DNA from: a virus
DNA length: 64,000 nt
IMG/VR virus record: IMGVR_UViG_3300042146_000099
Location: 1 to 64,000 of that record
Strand: one strand, 5' to 3'
Below are positions 36,478 to 44,974 of the stretch, piece after piece; the stretch's first letter is position 1; each line of letters begins with the position of its first letter. The notes under the pieces are model-generated. The model made no database searches. It had not been told where the DNA came from and saw nothing but the letters and a program-made list of their open reading frames with translations. The position numbers and the translations under genes are program-made.

Positions 36478-36707
36478 GTGGGCTCCTCGTCCGGGCGCAC
36501 CGGGCCCGCGCTTCGGCAGGCGCGGCAGGTGACTGCGATCTCGGTCGATGCGGAGAGCGGCCGGTCGACGGTGCGCCCGATCGAGTCCTCCAAGACGATG
36601 CGCTTCCCGCAGGCGGTGGTCATCGGTCGAGTGTGCGGGACGGGCACGTCGTGGACACGGGTGCCGCCCTTGAGGCGGATACGACGGGTCTCCTCAGCCT
36701 TGAACAC
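36474..36707 (-). CDS. Small Zn-binding protein
   Basis: VH...TACGK...VTCRAC. Confidence 0.6.
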   Translation of the reverse strand: MFKAEETRRIRLKGGTRVHDVPVPHTRPMTTACGKRIVLEDSIGRTVDRPLSASTEIAVTCRACRSAGPVRPDEEPT

Positions 36708-37011
36708 TGGCGCTCCGTTCCGGGCAGGTGCGTGGGTCTTCCCCGTCGCACGCCTCGCACCAGTGCTGGATCACCGCGAGCGGCGCCTGACACAGGCAGT
36801 CCTCGCCGGGGCACTCCTCGATCTCCGCGCGGCAGCACTGGTGCACGAGGTGCCACGCCAGCTCCGGCCAGTCCGGCGGGTACTGGGTATCGCAGTCACC
36901 GCCGACGCCTTGGCAGCGCGGCCACGAGTCCTCCTCGCGCGGCGGCAGGTTGTCCCACGGCAGCGGCGACAGCCATGAGGGGCGTTCGGGGGTCTCGCTG
37001 GTCGTGGTCAT
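36694..37011 (-). CDS. Cys-rich hypothetical protein
   Basis: ATGA overlap; many Cys. Confidence 0.55.
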   Translation of the reverse strand: MTTTSETPERPSWLSPLPWDNLPPREEDSWPRCQGVGGDCDTQYPPDWPELAWHLVHQCCRAEIEECPGEDCLCQAPLAVIQHWCEACDGEDPRTCPERSASVQG

Positions 37012-37496
37012 GCGGTCGGCTCCTCGTTCGTGCCGTACACCTCGTCGTGCGTTAGCAGACCCATGGCGAGTGCCTCAACCGCTGCGTCGTAGTTCTCGGG
37101 CGACATAACGACTCCGGCAACCTTGCCTCGCCGCGTGATCGCAACGTCCCTGCCGCCGAACTGGGTCGCGTCCAAGAGGTCAGAGATTCGGAGTCGGGCT
37201 TGCGACTGAGTCAGCGCGTCCGGAATGGGGAAGTGTGTGGCGACCAGGCTCGTTCGGGCGCCTGCCGTGTTGTATAGCGGCTCCTCTGCCTGGACGGCCG
37301 AGCGTTCTGCCTTCTCTGCCGCTTCTCGGTCGGGGTGCCATTCCACCGTGCGACGCCGGACCAGCGACCACCACGGCTTGTCGGAGGCGTGCTGCGTCCA
37401 CCGGATCTCTGGCTGCGTACTGATGCCGACATAGAGCAGCGCTCCGCCGTCGTCGTAGAGGCGGTACAGGGCGGTGCGCTGACTTGAGGTCGTCAC
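37008..37496 (-). CDS. GIY-YIG nuclease-like domain fused to a Phd/YefM-like domain (copy 2)
   Basis: TALYRLYD...LLYVGIS...RW..H...E..AV..EEPLYN; SQARLRISDLLD...VAITRRGKVAGVVMSPENYD. Confidence 0.8.
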   Translation of the reverse strand: MTTSSQRTALYRLYDDGGALLYVGISTQPEIRWTQHASDKPWWSLVRRRTVEWHPDREAAEKAERSAVQAEEPLYNTAGARTSLVATHFPIPDALTQSQARLRISDLLDATQFGGRDVAITRRGKVAGVVMSPENYDAAVEALAMGLLTHDEVYGTNEEPTA

Positions 37497-37726
37497 GAGG
37501 GTGTCACCTTCCCGTCGCGGATGCGGGCGACGTACTCCCGCGTGTAGCCCGTGGCCTCAACGACTTCGCTGAGTCGGCCGCGCGGATACGGCTTGGGCTC
37601 CGGGAAAAGCAGCGGGATGAGGGCGCGGATGCGGTCGCGGTCCTCGTCGTTTTGGCTCTCGCGTTCCTTGATCCGGCGCGCGATGGCGCGGACTTCGTCG
37701 AGCTGCTCTTGGTAGTGGTCTGACAT
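37493..37726 (-). CDS. Small HTH regulator
   Basis: LSEVVEATGYTREYVARIRDG. Confidence 0.7.
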   Translation of the reverse strand: MSDHYQEQLDEVRAIARRIKERESQNDEDRDRIRALIPLLFPEPKPYPRGRLSEVVEATGYTREYVARIRDGKVTPS

Positions 37727-37733
37727 GACCCCA

Positions 37734-37799
37734 GTATGCCACCAATGTAGGCGGACGCAATGTGCCTACAGAGTTGACATGAGAACTGAGTAGGCATAC
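37734..37799. promoter_or_regulatory. Divergent promoter with TTGACA -35 and GTATGCC/GTAGGC repeats
   Basis: GTATGCC (37734) and GGCATAC (37793); TGTAGGC-N11-GCCTACA; TTGACA at 37774. Confidence 0.6.
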
Positions 37800-37835
37800 G
37801 TTGGTCTCACAAGGAACGAACCGAGGGGGCCACCG

Positions 37836-38225
37836 ATGAGGCACACCAAGAACGAGACCAGCACCACCACCCTCACCCGCCTCATCACCGCCCTCGACAA
37901 GCAGCAGCCCGTGACCGTCACGTACGTCAAGGCCGACGGGACCGAGACCATCCGCACCATCGAGATCCACGACGTCCTGGTCACCGCCGCTGGCGACATC
38001 GTCCTCCGCGCGATGGACCGCGACACGGCGGAGATGCGCTCCTTCCGGATCGACCGCATCCAGACCTACACGGTCCACCGGACCGCGTACCTGATCGAGC
38101 GCCCCGCCGCCGACGAGCCCAAGACCCGCCCGGCACAGGGCCTCGCCACCGTCACCGTGCTGTACCCGGTGGACCTCCCGGCCGCCGACCGGATCGAACT
38201 CCTCGCCACCGCTCTTGCCGCCTGA
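37836..38225 (+). CDS. Stand-alone WYL domain protein
   Basis: VTVTYVKADGTETIRTIE...MDRDTAEMRSFRIDRI. Confidence 0.85.
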   Translation: MRHTKNETSTTTLTRLITALDKQQPVTVTYVKADGTETIRTIEIHDVLVTAAGDIVLRAMDRDTAEMRSFRIDRIQTYTVHRTAYLIERPAADEPKTRPAQGLATVTVLYPVDLPAADRIELLATALAA

Positions 38226-38263
38226 CCGCCCTCCCGCGCACCACCACGAGAACGGAACCCGCC

Positions 38264-38686
38264 ATGCGCTTCCAGACCTGCCGCCGCCACCCCAACGCCG
38301 GCCGCTTCCTCGCCGAATGCTCGGGCTGCAAGCAGGAGCTGCACGACATGCAGGAACGCAACCGCGCGATCGCCGCCGCCTCCAGGGCCCTCGTCGGCAT
38401 CAACGCCCCGGCCGACGCCGAGATCCTCGACGCCACCTGGGTGCGCGGTGCCCTCATCGTCGCCACCCGGCAGCCGTCCTCGATCGCGTTCGAGTACGCC
38501 GTCGACGCCTTCCGGCCCCCCACCGTGGAGGAGTTGGACCCGGACCAGGACGAGCCGCGCGCTCCGGGCGAGTGGATCCTCGTCGACCAGTACGGCGAGC
38601 ACAGCGCCGATGCGGTACCGGGCATGGTCGCGGACGCGACCGCGTACCTGCGGGAGCTGTTCCCGCTCAGGAAGCTCGCCGCCTGA
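38264..38686 (+). CDS. Hypothetical protein
   Basis: CRRH...ECSGC N-terminus. Confidence 0.65.
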   Translation: MRFQTCRRHPNAGRFLAECSGCKQELHDMQERNRAIAAASRALVGINAPADAEILDATWVRGALIVATRQPSSIAFEYAVDAFRPPTVEELDPDQDEPRAPGEWILVDQYGEHSADAVPGMVADATAYLRELFPLRKLAA

Positions 38687-38747
38687 CTGCCTGCCGTCGC
38701 CCCACGTCCGGGGCGGCGGCACTTCCCTCGCCGCCTAGGAGCCGACC

Positions 38748-38951
38748 ATGCTCACCTACCCCTACACCGAAGGCCAGACCGTCACCTACCACGGCAGCGT
38801 CACCGAACGGCACGGACGCACCTACCAGGCATGGCTCTGCCGCTGCCGCCACGCGCACGCGGTCGAGCAGCCCCGGTTCATGCTCTCCGACCCCGACACC
38901 GGCCGCGCCGTGGCCTGGCATGTTCGGCCCACGTCACTCACCCCCGCCTGA
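38748..38951 (+). CDS. Small hypothetical protein
   Basis: AGGAG RBS; VTYHGSV..RHG motif. Confidence 0.6.
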   Translation: MLTYPYTEGQTVTYHGSVTERHGRTYQAWLCRCRHAHAVEQPRFMLSDPDTGRAVAWHVRPTSLTPA

Positions 38952-38969
38952 CACGACAGGAGAAACCCC

Positions 38970-39446
38970 GTGGACTTCCACACCGCCCTCAACCAGACCA
39001 TCGCCGACCTCACCCCCCAGCCCTGGACCCACACCAGCCCCGACGCCCGCACCCTCCGCGTCATCCCCGCCGGCCTGACCGCCGACCAGGGCGACGCCGA
39101 GGTCATGCTCCGTGTCAGCGGGCCTCTCGTGACCGGCCTGTACGCCTACGACCTCACCGGCCCGAACACCCGGGGCGCGGCGGAGATCGGTGTCACCACG
39201 GCTGTACTGCCGCAGCTGATCGCCGCACTGGAGGGGCGGTCCGGGTGGGAGCACGCGGACGGGTGGAGCGACCCGACCGGCATCACGGTGACACCGGACC
39301 TGCAGGTGACGGTCACCGAGGGGCATCACGACGGCCGCGAGTGGATTGGGGTGACGGAGTCGGTACAGCTGCCCGAGGAGCAGCGGATGCCGCTCGCGTC
39401 CGCGCTCCGCCGCGCGATGGACGTCGCCAAGAGCTGGGAGGGATAG
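38970..39446 (+). CDS. Hypothetical protein
   Basis: AGGAG RBS. Confidence 0.65.
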   Translation: MDFHTALNQTIADLTPQPWTHTSPDARTLRVIPAGLTADQGDAEVMLRVSGPLVTGLYAYDLTGPNTRGAAEIGVTTAVLPQLIAALEGRSGWEHADGWSDPTGITVTPDLQVTVTEGHHDGREWIGVTESVQLPEEQRMPLASALRRAMDVAKSWEG

Positions 39447-39516
39447 CCGCATCCATTCGGGGGCCGTCCGACTGCGGCCCCCGTTCCCCGCCCGCCTGAC
39501 CGCCCGACCCGACAGG

Positions 39517-39888
39517 ATGAACCACATGAACCCGCACCTCTGGTACGACCGCGAAGGCCAGCCCATCGACGTCGAGGAGGCGGACACCCTCCTCGGTAAC
39601 CCCGACTACAAGCGCGTCGGGCTCACCGAGATCACCTCAGCCAGCAACCCGGACACCAGCTACCGGGTCTCCACCGTCTGGCTCGGCGTCAACCACGCCT
39701 TCGGCGACGGACCGCCGATCATCTTCGAGACGATGGTGTTCGGCCCCGAGAACGCCGACGAGTACATGCAGCGGTACGCCACCGAGGACGAGGCGCGCGC
39801 CGGGCACGCCGAGACGGTCACGGTCGTCGCCGCCACGGTGCCCGACGAGACCGTCACCGACCTTGACGACTGGCCCAAGACCGCCTGA
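39517..39888 (+). CDS. Conserved phage hypothetical protein
   Basis: VSTVWLG.NH...PIIFETMVFG...RY.T..EA..GH motif. Confidence 0.7.
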   Translation: MNHMNPHLWYDREGQPIDVEEADTLLGNPDYKRVGLTEITSASNPDTSYRVSTVWLGVNHAFGDGPPIIFETMVFGPENADEYMQRYATEDEARAGHAETVTVVAATVPDETVTDLDDWPKTA

Positions 39889-39904
39889 CCCCGCCAACGT
39901 CTGA

Positions 39905-39941
39905 GGCCCTCCTCCCCAGGGAAGAGGGCCCTTCGCCGTTT
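39905..39941 (+). terminator. Hairpin terminator
   Basis: GGCCCTC...GAGGGCC followed by CTTCGCCGTTT. Confidence 0.55.
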
Positions 39942-40006
39942 CACCTTCACACACTGCGCACATCCGATATCGTCCCCCACCCGCGACACCACACCCAGGG
40001 GGACCC

Positions 40007-40345
40007 ATGAACCAGCCACCCACCACACGCCCCATGTACCCACAACCCTGGCAACGCTGGGCATGGGCAGCCCTCCCCGCCATCAGCGCCACCGCCCTCA
40101 CCTTCATCCCGTTCCTCATCGCCTGGCATCGACGAGTCGTCGGCTGGCGCACCGCAGCCGTGTACACGCTCCTCAGCGGCATCACCATCGCTGGCGCAAT
40201 CACCGAAGTCGACATCCACCAGTGGGGAACAGTCTGGCGGGAGGTCATCCGCTACACAGGCTGGGCATACCTGCTCGTCGGCGTTGCCCACGTCGCACTA
40301 CTGGACTGGCCACGGAAGACCAGCCACGAAACCGCCAAGGGTTAG
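40007..40345 (+). CDS. Small membrane protein (moron-like)
   Basis: About 3 TM segments; own GGGGGA RBS downstream of a terminator. Confidence 0.65.
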   Translation: MNQPPTTRPMYPQPWQRWAWAALPAISATALTFIPFLIAWHRRVVGWRTAAVYTLLSGITIAGAITEVDIHQWGTVWREVIRYTGWAYLLVGVAHVALLDWPRKTSHETAKG

Positions 40346-40385
40346 AACACGCCGAGGCCCCGGAGCCGCAGCGCATCTGAGCGTC

Positions 40386-42062
40386 TCAGGAAACTCCGTA
40401 CCACTGCGACGCCCAGCCCGTGTTGATGATGCTCGTCGACTGCTGCGTCAAGTCCAGGCTGGCCGGGAGCGACGTCTGACCGGTGAGCATGTTGGAGTAA
40501 CGCAAGCTCGGCGCGGACAGGTTGGCGTTCACGCTGATGCCCGCGCCGGACGCCTTGAAGTGCAAAACGTTGGTGGTCCACGTTCCGTTGAGGAGCATGG
40601 CGATGAAGTACTCGCCGGGCGCGGCAGTGAACGGGGCGGTCAGGCTGATGCCTTTGGCGACCGCGCCGGTCATCAGGTCGGCGGAGATGTCCGCCGTCAC
40701 CCCGACGCGGGTGCCAGCCGCGTTGTACACGCCGAGGTAGCAGTTGCTGAGGCTGGCGCCGGTGTCGATACCGGACAGGCCGAACCAGACCTGCGACCAG
40801 GTGATGCTCTTACGGATCTGGATCTTCGTCAGGGTGATTCGGCCACCGACGCCGCCGCTCGACTGCGCGGTGACGTGCCCGGCAATGTCCGGGTCATACG
40901 TCCACGCCAGCAGACCCTGATCGGAGGGGTAACTCGCCGGATAGTCGAGATTGATGCCCGACGCTGACGGCCCGGCCCCGGAGACCTTCACAACCTCCAG
41001 CGTCGACCCGGCCTTCAGGCTCACCGCGGTGGCGTTGCTGGACGACTGCGCCCATTGCAGCCGCAGCGTCCCTGCCGTGGCACCAGTGGCGACAAAGCCG
41101 TGCGGCAGCGCTATCAGTCCGGCCAGCGTCGCCGACGACGCCATCACACCCACATCCACCTCGGCGCCGAACCGACGGCCAGCCATCTTCAACTGGGCTG
41201 AGCCGTCGGGGGTGGTGGTGCCGAGGGTGCCGGCGACCGGGGACCATCCGCCCGTCGCTCCGGACGGTGCAGTGAAGCTGATTTTGGCGTCGGCTGCTTC
41301 GGGCCCGTCGAACAGGAGCATGCCGGTGAACCGGTAGACGCTGTTGGCTTCGAGGCTGGCGAAGAGATGGGTGTCATTGCTGACGGCGGTAGTGGACGTG
41401 CGGGTTTCGTCGGTTGCTTTGACTGCCGTCTGTGTGAGCGCGGACAGCGCGGCGATCTGTGTGTCGGTGTAGGCGCGGTCGCCGTGCGGGTCGGATGCTG
41501 CTGTGTGGGTGGGGACGGCGTCTCCGGCGGAGACGGTGCCCGTGCTGGTGCCGACATTGAGGATGGCGGCGCCGCCGAGGCCAAGGTTCGTGCGCGCGGT
41601 TGCGGTGGAGCCAAGGTCGGAGAGGTTGTTTGCGGCCTCCAATAGGCCGGTGATGACGCCGGTGTCGCCGTTGACGGAGAGCACGGCTGGCGAGGAGACG
41701 GTGCCGCTGCTGGACTCCACGGGCGCCAACGAAGGCAGGGCCACGGTGGGTGTGGCGGCGGGGAGGCTGATGTTGTAGGCGCGGCCGGGTGCGTTCGTGA
41801 ACTCCTCGTCGACGCGGTAGGTCCAGCCGGTGGGGCTGAAGTCGTCGGCGTCGGTGGCGAGGAGTGTTTCCGTGAAGTAGCCGGATGCGCTGAGGGTGGC
41901 GTTGACGGTACCGAGGGCGATGACGCCGTGGGTGGCTGAGGTGACGCGGGACACGGACGGCGTGAACGTGATGGTGCCGGTGTAGGGGTCGCCGTCGAGG
42001 GTGCGGTATCCGGCTGCTCCGGCGGTGACGGTCACCGTTTCTACGCCGTTGGGGAAGGCCAT
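40386..42062 (-). CDS. Tail fibre/minor virion protein (fibre B)
   Basis: AGGAGG RBS at ATG 42062; NNLSDL..TARTNLGLG and H..ASDPHGDRAY fibre motifs; Ser/Thr/Gly-rich; shares a domain with 51598-52671. Confidence 0.8.
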   Translation of the reverse strand: MAFPNGVETVTVTAGAAGYRTLDGDPYTGTITFTPSVSRVTSATHGVIALGTVNATLSASGYFTETLLATDADDFSPTGWTYRVDEEFTNAPGRAYNISLPAATPTVALPSLAPVESSSGTVSSPAVLSVNGDTGVITGLLEAANNLSDLGSTATARTNLGLGGAAILNVGTSTGTVSAGDAVPTHTAASDPHGDRAYTDTQIAALSALTQTAVKATDETRTSTTAVSNDTHLFASLEANSVYRFTGMLLFDGPEAADAKISFTAPSGATGGWSPVAGTLGTTTPDGSAQLKMAGRRFGAEVDVGVMASSATLAGLIALPHGFVATGATAGTLRLQWAQSSSNATAVSLKAGSTLEVVKVSGAGPSASGINLDYPASYPSDQGLLAWTYDPDIAGHVTAQSSGGVGGRITLTKIQIRKSITWSQVWFGLSGIDTGASLSNCYLGVYNAAGTRVGVTADISADLMTGAVAKGISLTAPFTAAPGEYFIAMLLNGTWTTNVLHFKASGAGISVNANLSAPSLRYSNMLTGQTSLPASLDLTQQSTSIINTGWASQWYGVS

Positions 42063-42090
42063 GGGTTCCTCCTGCCGCCGCCTCTCCTTG

Positions 42091-42133
42091 GAATCGTAGC
42101 TTGCGCTTGCCAAATTCCTCCGAATCGTAGGAT
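42091..42133. promoter_or_regulatory. GAATCGTAG direct repeats and TAGGAT -10 in the divergent promoter
   Basis: Copies at 42091 and 42122 (31 bp apart); TAGGAT at 42128. Confidence 0.5.
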
Positions 42134-42141
42134 GGTTCTCG

Positions 42142-42228
42142 CGACCCTTTCGGAGGGGTCGATGGCAGGGGGGTTCTCTTGCGGGTTGCCCCCTGCCATC
42201 TCAAACCCGCAAGCAACCCGCGCAGGAG
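42142..42228 (+). ncRNA. Structured 5' leader (hairpin plus H-type pseudoknot-like element)
   Basis: 12-bp stem 42161-42172/42189-42200; loop 42178-42187 is complementary to 42204-42213. Confidence 0.45.
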
Positions 42229-42234
42229 TGAGCT

Positions 42235-42858
42235 ATGCAGGACCCGCTCACCGTCGCCTTCGAGATCCGGCGACCATGGCCGCGCATTGACGCCTACGGC
42301 ACCCGGCAAGCAGCACGGAACGGCGTCCGTTGGCAGTTCCGCCGCTACCACGACACCGTGATCTGGGGGCGCGCCCTCCGCTGGCCCACCCTGATCACCG
42401 TCTGGCACCGCGACCCGTCCGGCTACGACCACACCACCTGCCGCAAGGCACGCTGGCGCCTGCACATTCACCACTGGCGCCTCCAGATCCACCCGTTCCA
42501 GCATCTGCGGCGGCGGCTCCTCACCCGCTGCGCCTGGTGTCACGGGCGGGACCGCAAGGGCGACCGGGTCAACCACTCCCACTCCTGGGATGGTCCCCGT
42601 GCCCGCTGGTGGCAGGGCGAACGCGGGCTGTTCCATGCTGACTGCTCGTCGATCAAGCGGGCCCACTCGACGTGCACCTGCACGCGGCCCGTCCTAGACC
42701 ACGACATCTACGGGGAGTGCGCCCGCTGCGGGCTGTTCCGGCCCTTCGGGTTCACAGACGCCAACCTTGCCCGCGCCCGCGACCTCCAGACCGTGCCACG
42801 TGGCGGCCGCCGAGCCGACGCGGAGGAGAGGCCTGAGCGGGACGGAGGCGAGCCGTGA
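42235..42858 (+). CDS. Trp/His/Cys-rich hypothetical protein
   Basis: AGGAG RBS; DPLTVAFEIRRPWP...ITVWH.DP. Confidence 0.7.
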   Translation: MQDPLTVAFEIRRPWPRIDAYGTRQAARNGVRWQFRRYHDTVIWGRALRWPTLITVWHRDPSGYDHTTCRKARWRLHIHHWRLQIHPFQHLRRRLLTRCAWCHGRDRKGDRVNHSHSWDGPRARWWQGERGLFHADCSSIKRAHSTCTCTRPVLDHDIYGECARCGLFRPFGFTDANLARARDLQTVPRGGRRADAEERPERDGGEP

Positions 42859-42962
42859 AGCATCTGTGCGCCGCACTGGCGGCCCTGTTCGCGTTCGCCG
42901 CCCTCGTCCAGCCCGCCGAGGTCCGCGTCGACTACACGCCCGTCATACGGAGCAGCCGATGA
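42855..42962 (+). CDS. 35-aa peptide with signal-peptide-like N-terminus
   Basis: Hand translation MKHLCAALAALFAFAALVQPAEVRVDYTPVIRSSR; GGAGG RBS; coupled at both ends. Confidence 0.6.
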   Translation: MKHLCAALAALFAFAALVQPAEVRVDYTPVIRSSR

Positions 42963-43402
42963 GCCACCCCTGCACCCGCCCCGAATGCGGTGCTCAGCTG
43001 CACACCGACCCGTGGGGCGTCCCCGTCCAATGCCCCCACACCGAGCCCGTAGCCGACACGGGGCGGCGTTGCCCGCGCTGCGACTGCCCCGACGGGCACG
43101 AGCAGTGCGAACACTGCAAGGTCTGCCCGCACGCAGGCGGAAGCTGTACGGACCCTGACGACGACGCGCGTGCCCGAGCAGAGAAAGCCGAGGCCGCCAT
43201 CACCCGCGTACGCGAAGTGCTCGCCGAGCGCCTCGCCGAAGTCGCCGAACGCGAGGCCGACGGCATGCTGCCCTTCGGCACGCCGGGCGCCTCCTGGTGC
43301 GACGCGGTCACCGTCACCTGCGCCCGCATCGAAGACGCCCTCCGCCCGAAGACGGCAGCCACGGGCGTACCAGCCGAACCGGACCCGCAGGAGGCGCCGT
43401 GA
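42959..43402 (+). CDS. Cys-rich hypothetical protein
   Basis: ATGA overlap. Confidence 0.6.
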   Translation: MSHPCTRPECGAQLHTDPWGVPVQCPHTEPVADTGRRCPRCDCPDGHEQCEHCKVCPHAGGSCTDPDDDARARAEKAEAAITRVREVLAERLAEVAEREADGMLPFGTPGASWCDAVTVTCARIEDALRPKTAATGVPAEPDPQEAP

Positions 43403-43548
43403 ATACCGCCATCGCCATCACCGCGATCATCGCCGCCACGCTCGTCGCCAGCCAGATCATCACCGCTATCCGCGACGTGGCCAAAGCCAAGCACCAGCCC
43501 ACCCGCGAGCAGCACGCGCGCGACAACAGCAAGGAGAACGAGGCATGA
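43399..43548 (+). CDS. Small single-TM protein
   Basis: AGGAGG RBS; hydrophobic N-terminus. Confidence 0.55.
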   Translation: MNTAIAITAIIAATLVASQIITAIRDVAKAKHQPTREQHARDNSKENEA

Positions 43549-44501
43549 AGGTACTGGTCACCGGCGGCAGCGGCTTCATCGCCTCATGGATCCGCCGCGA
43601 ACTCACCACACGCGGCCACCACATCCTCGTCATGGACCACCAGGACCGCCGCCAGCATTTGGCGCCCGGTGAGGAGTTCTTCCTCGGCGACGTCCGCGAC
43701 GCCACCGCCGTCACCGAGGCCGCCGCCCACGTCGACGGCATCATCCACCTTGCCGCCGTCCTCGGCACCCAAGAGACCATCCACAACCCGCGCCCGTCCG
43801 CCGAGACGAACATCCTCGGCTCGCTGAACGTCTTCGAAGCGGCCGCCCAGTACAACCTGCCCACCGTGTACGCCGGGGTGGGCAACCACGCCTTCAGGCT
43901 CGTCGGAACCGGCTGCTACACGATCACCAAGAGCGCGGCCGAAGACCTGGCCCGCATGTACAACCTCTACCGCGACGGCGGCCGGATCACGATCGTCCGC
44001 CCCGTCAACGCCTACGGGCCCGGCCAGTCCATCGCCAAGCCGTATGGCACGAGCAAGGTGCGAAAAGTGATGCCAGCGCTGACCTGCCGCGCCCTCACCG
44101 ACACGCCCATCGAGGTCTACGGGGACGGCACCCAGGTGTCCGACTGCGTCTGGGTGAAGGACGTGGCGACGGCGTTCGTGGCCGCTTTGGAGCACACGGC
44201 AGAGTACGGCCACACCGAGCGGCCAGTGGAAGTCGGGCCCGCCAGCTCCGTGACGGTCAACGACATCGCGAGGATGGTGGCGGAGGAGGCCTCCAAGCAC
44301 ACCGGCCTTGCGCCGGTGGACATCGTGCACTTGCCCATGCGGCCCGGTGAAGTTCCGAACGCTGTGGTCAAGTCGGACGTGTCCACGCTCCAGCAGATCG
44401 GCCTGGACGCTGCCGATTTCTTGCCGCTCGAAGACGGCATTCGCCAGACCGTCGAGTACTACGCCACCGAGTGGTTGCCGGGATGGAGCCCGAGTCGATG
44501 A
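43545..44501 (+). CDS. NAD-dependent NDP-sugar epimerase/dehydratase (extended SDR) 1
   Basis: VTGGSGFIAS, HLAA, YTITK, RPVNAYGPGQ, VYGDGTQ, RPGE. Confidence 0.92.
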   Translation: MKVLVTGGSGFIASWIRRELTTRGHHILVMDHQDRRQHLAPGEEFFLGDVRDATAVTEAAAHVDGIIHLAAVLGTQETIHNPRPSAETNILGSLNVFEAAAQYNLPTVYAGVGNHAFRLVGTGCYTITKSAAEDLARMYNLYRDGGRITIVRPVNAYGPGQSIAKPYGTSKVRKVMPALTCRALTDTPIEVYGDGTQVSDCVWVKDVATAFVAALEHTAEYGHTERPVEVGPASSVTVNDIARMVAEEASKHTGLAPVDIVHLPMRPGEVPNAVVKSDVSTLQQIGLDAADFLPLEDGIRQTVEYYATEWLPGWSPSR

Positions 44502-44974
44502 CGACGGAAGTGGCGACGAGGCGCTGCCCCGACTGCAAGGAAACAAAGCCGCTCGATGAGTTCTACTACAACCCGAAGAGCACGCTCAAGACTCGAACCT
44601 CTTCCCACTGCAAGGTGTGTGCGCGACGGCGGGTCCGGGAGCACAACAAGCGCAACGCTGAAGCGATTAGCGAACGGCGTAAAGCCGCACGGCGGACGCC
44701 AGAAGGCCAACGCAAGAGCCGGGACCGAGACCTGCGGCGGCACTACGGCATTGGTCTCGTCGATCTGGAGCGGATGATCCGTGCGCAGGGAGGACGCTGC
44801 GCGATCTGCGAGGACGAGTTCGAGTCTGACAAGCACACGCACGTCGACCACTGCCACTTCAGGGGCACTGTCCGGGGCATCCTCTGCTCGTCGTGCAACC
44901 TCATGCTCGGGCACGCCAAGGACGACCAGCGGCGGCTTCTCGCTGCCGCTCAGTACCTGGAGCTGCCGTCATGA
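44498..44974 (+). CDS. Endonuclease VII-type HNH endonuclease
   Basis: RHYGI...QGGRCAIC...VDHCH...VRGILC..CN..LG. Confidence 0.9.
   Translation: MTTEVATRRCPDCKETKPLDEFYYNPKSTLKTRTSSHCKVCARRRVREHNKRNAEAISERRKAARRTPEGQRKSRDRDLRRHYGIGLVDLERMIRAQGGRCAICEDEFESDKHTHVDHCHFRGTVRGILCSSCNLMLGHAKDDQRRLLAAAQYLELPS

Noticed and set aside
29503-37726. Complete AICE nested in the phage
   Set aside because: No second integrase, excisionase, RepSA/Rep gene or flanking direct repeats found; treated as a phage-borne module.
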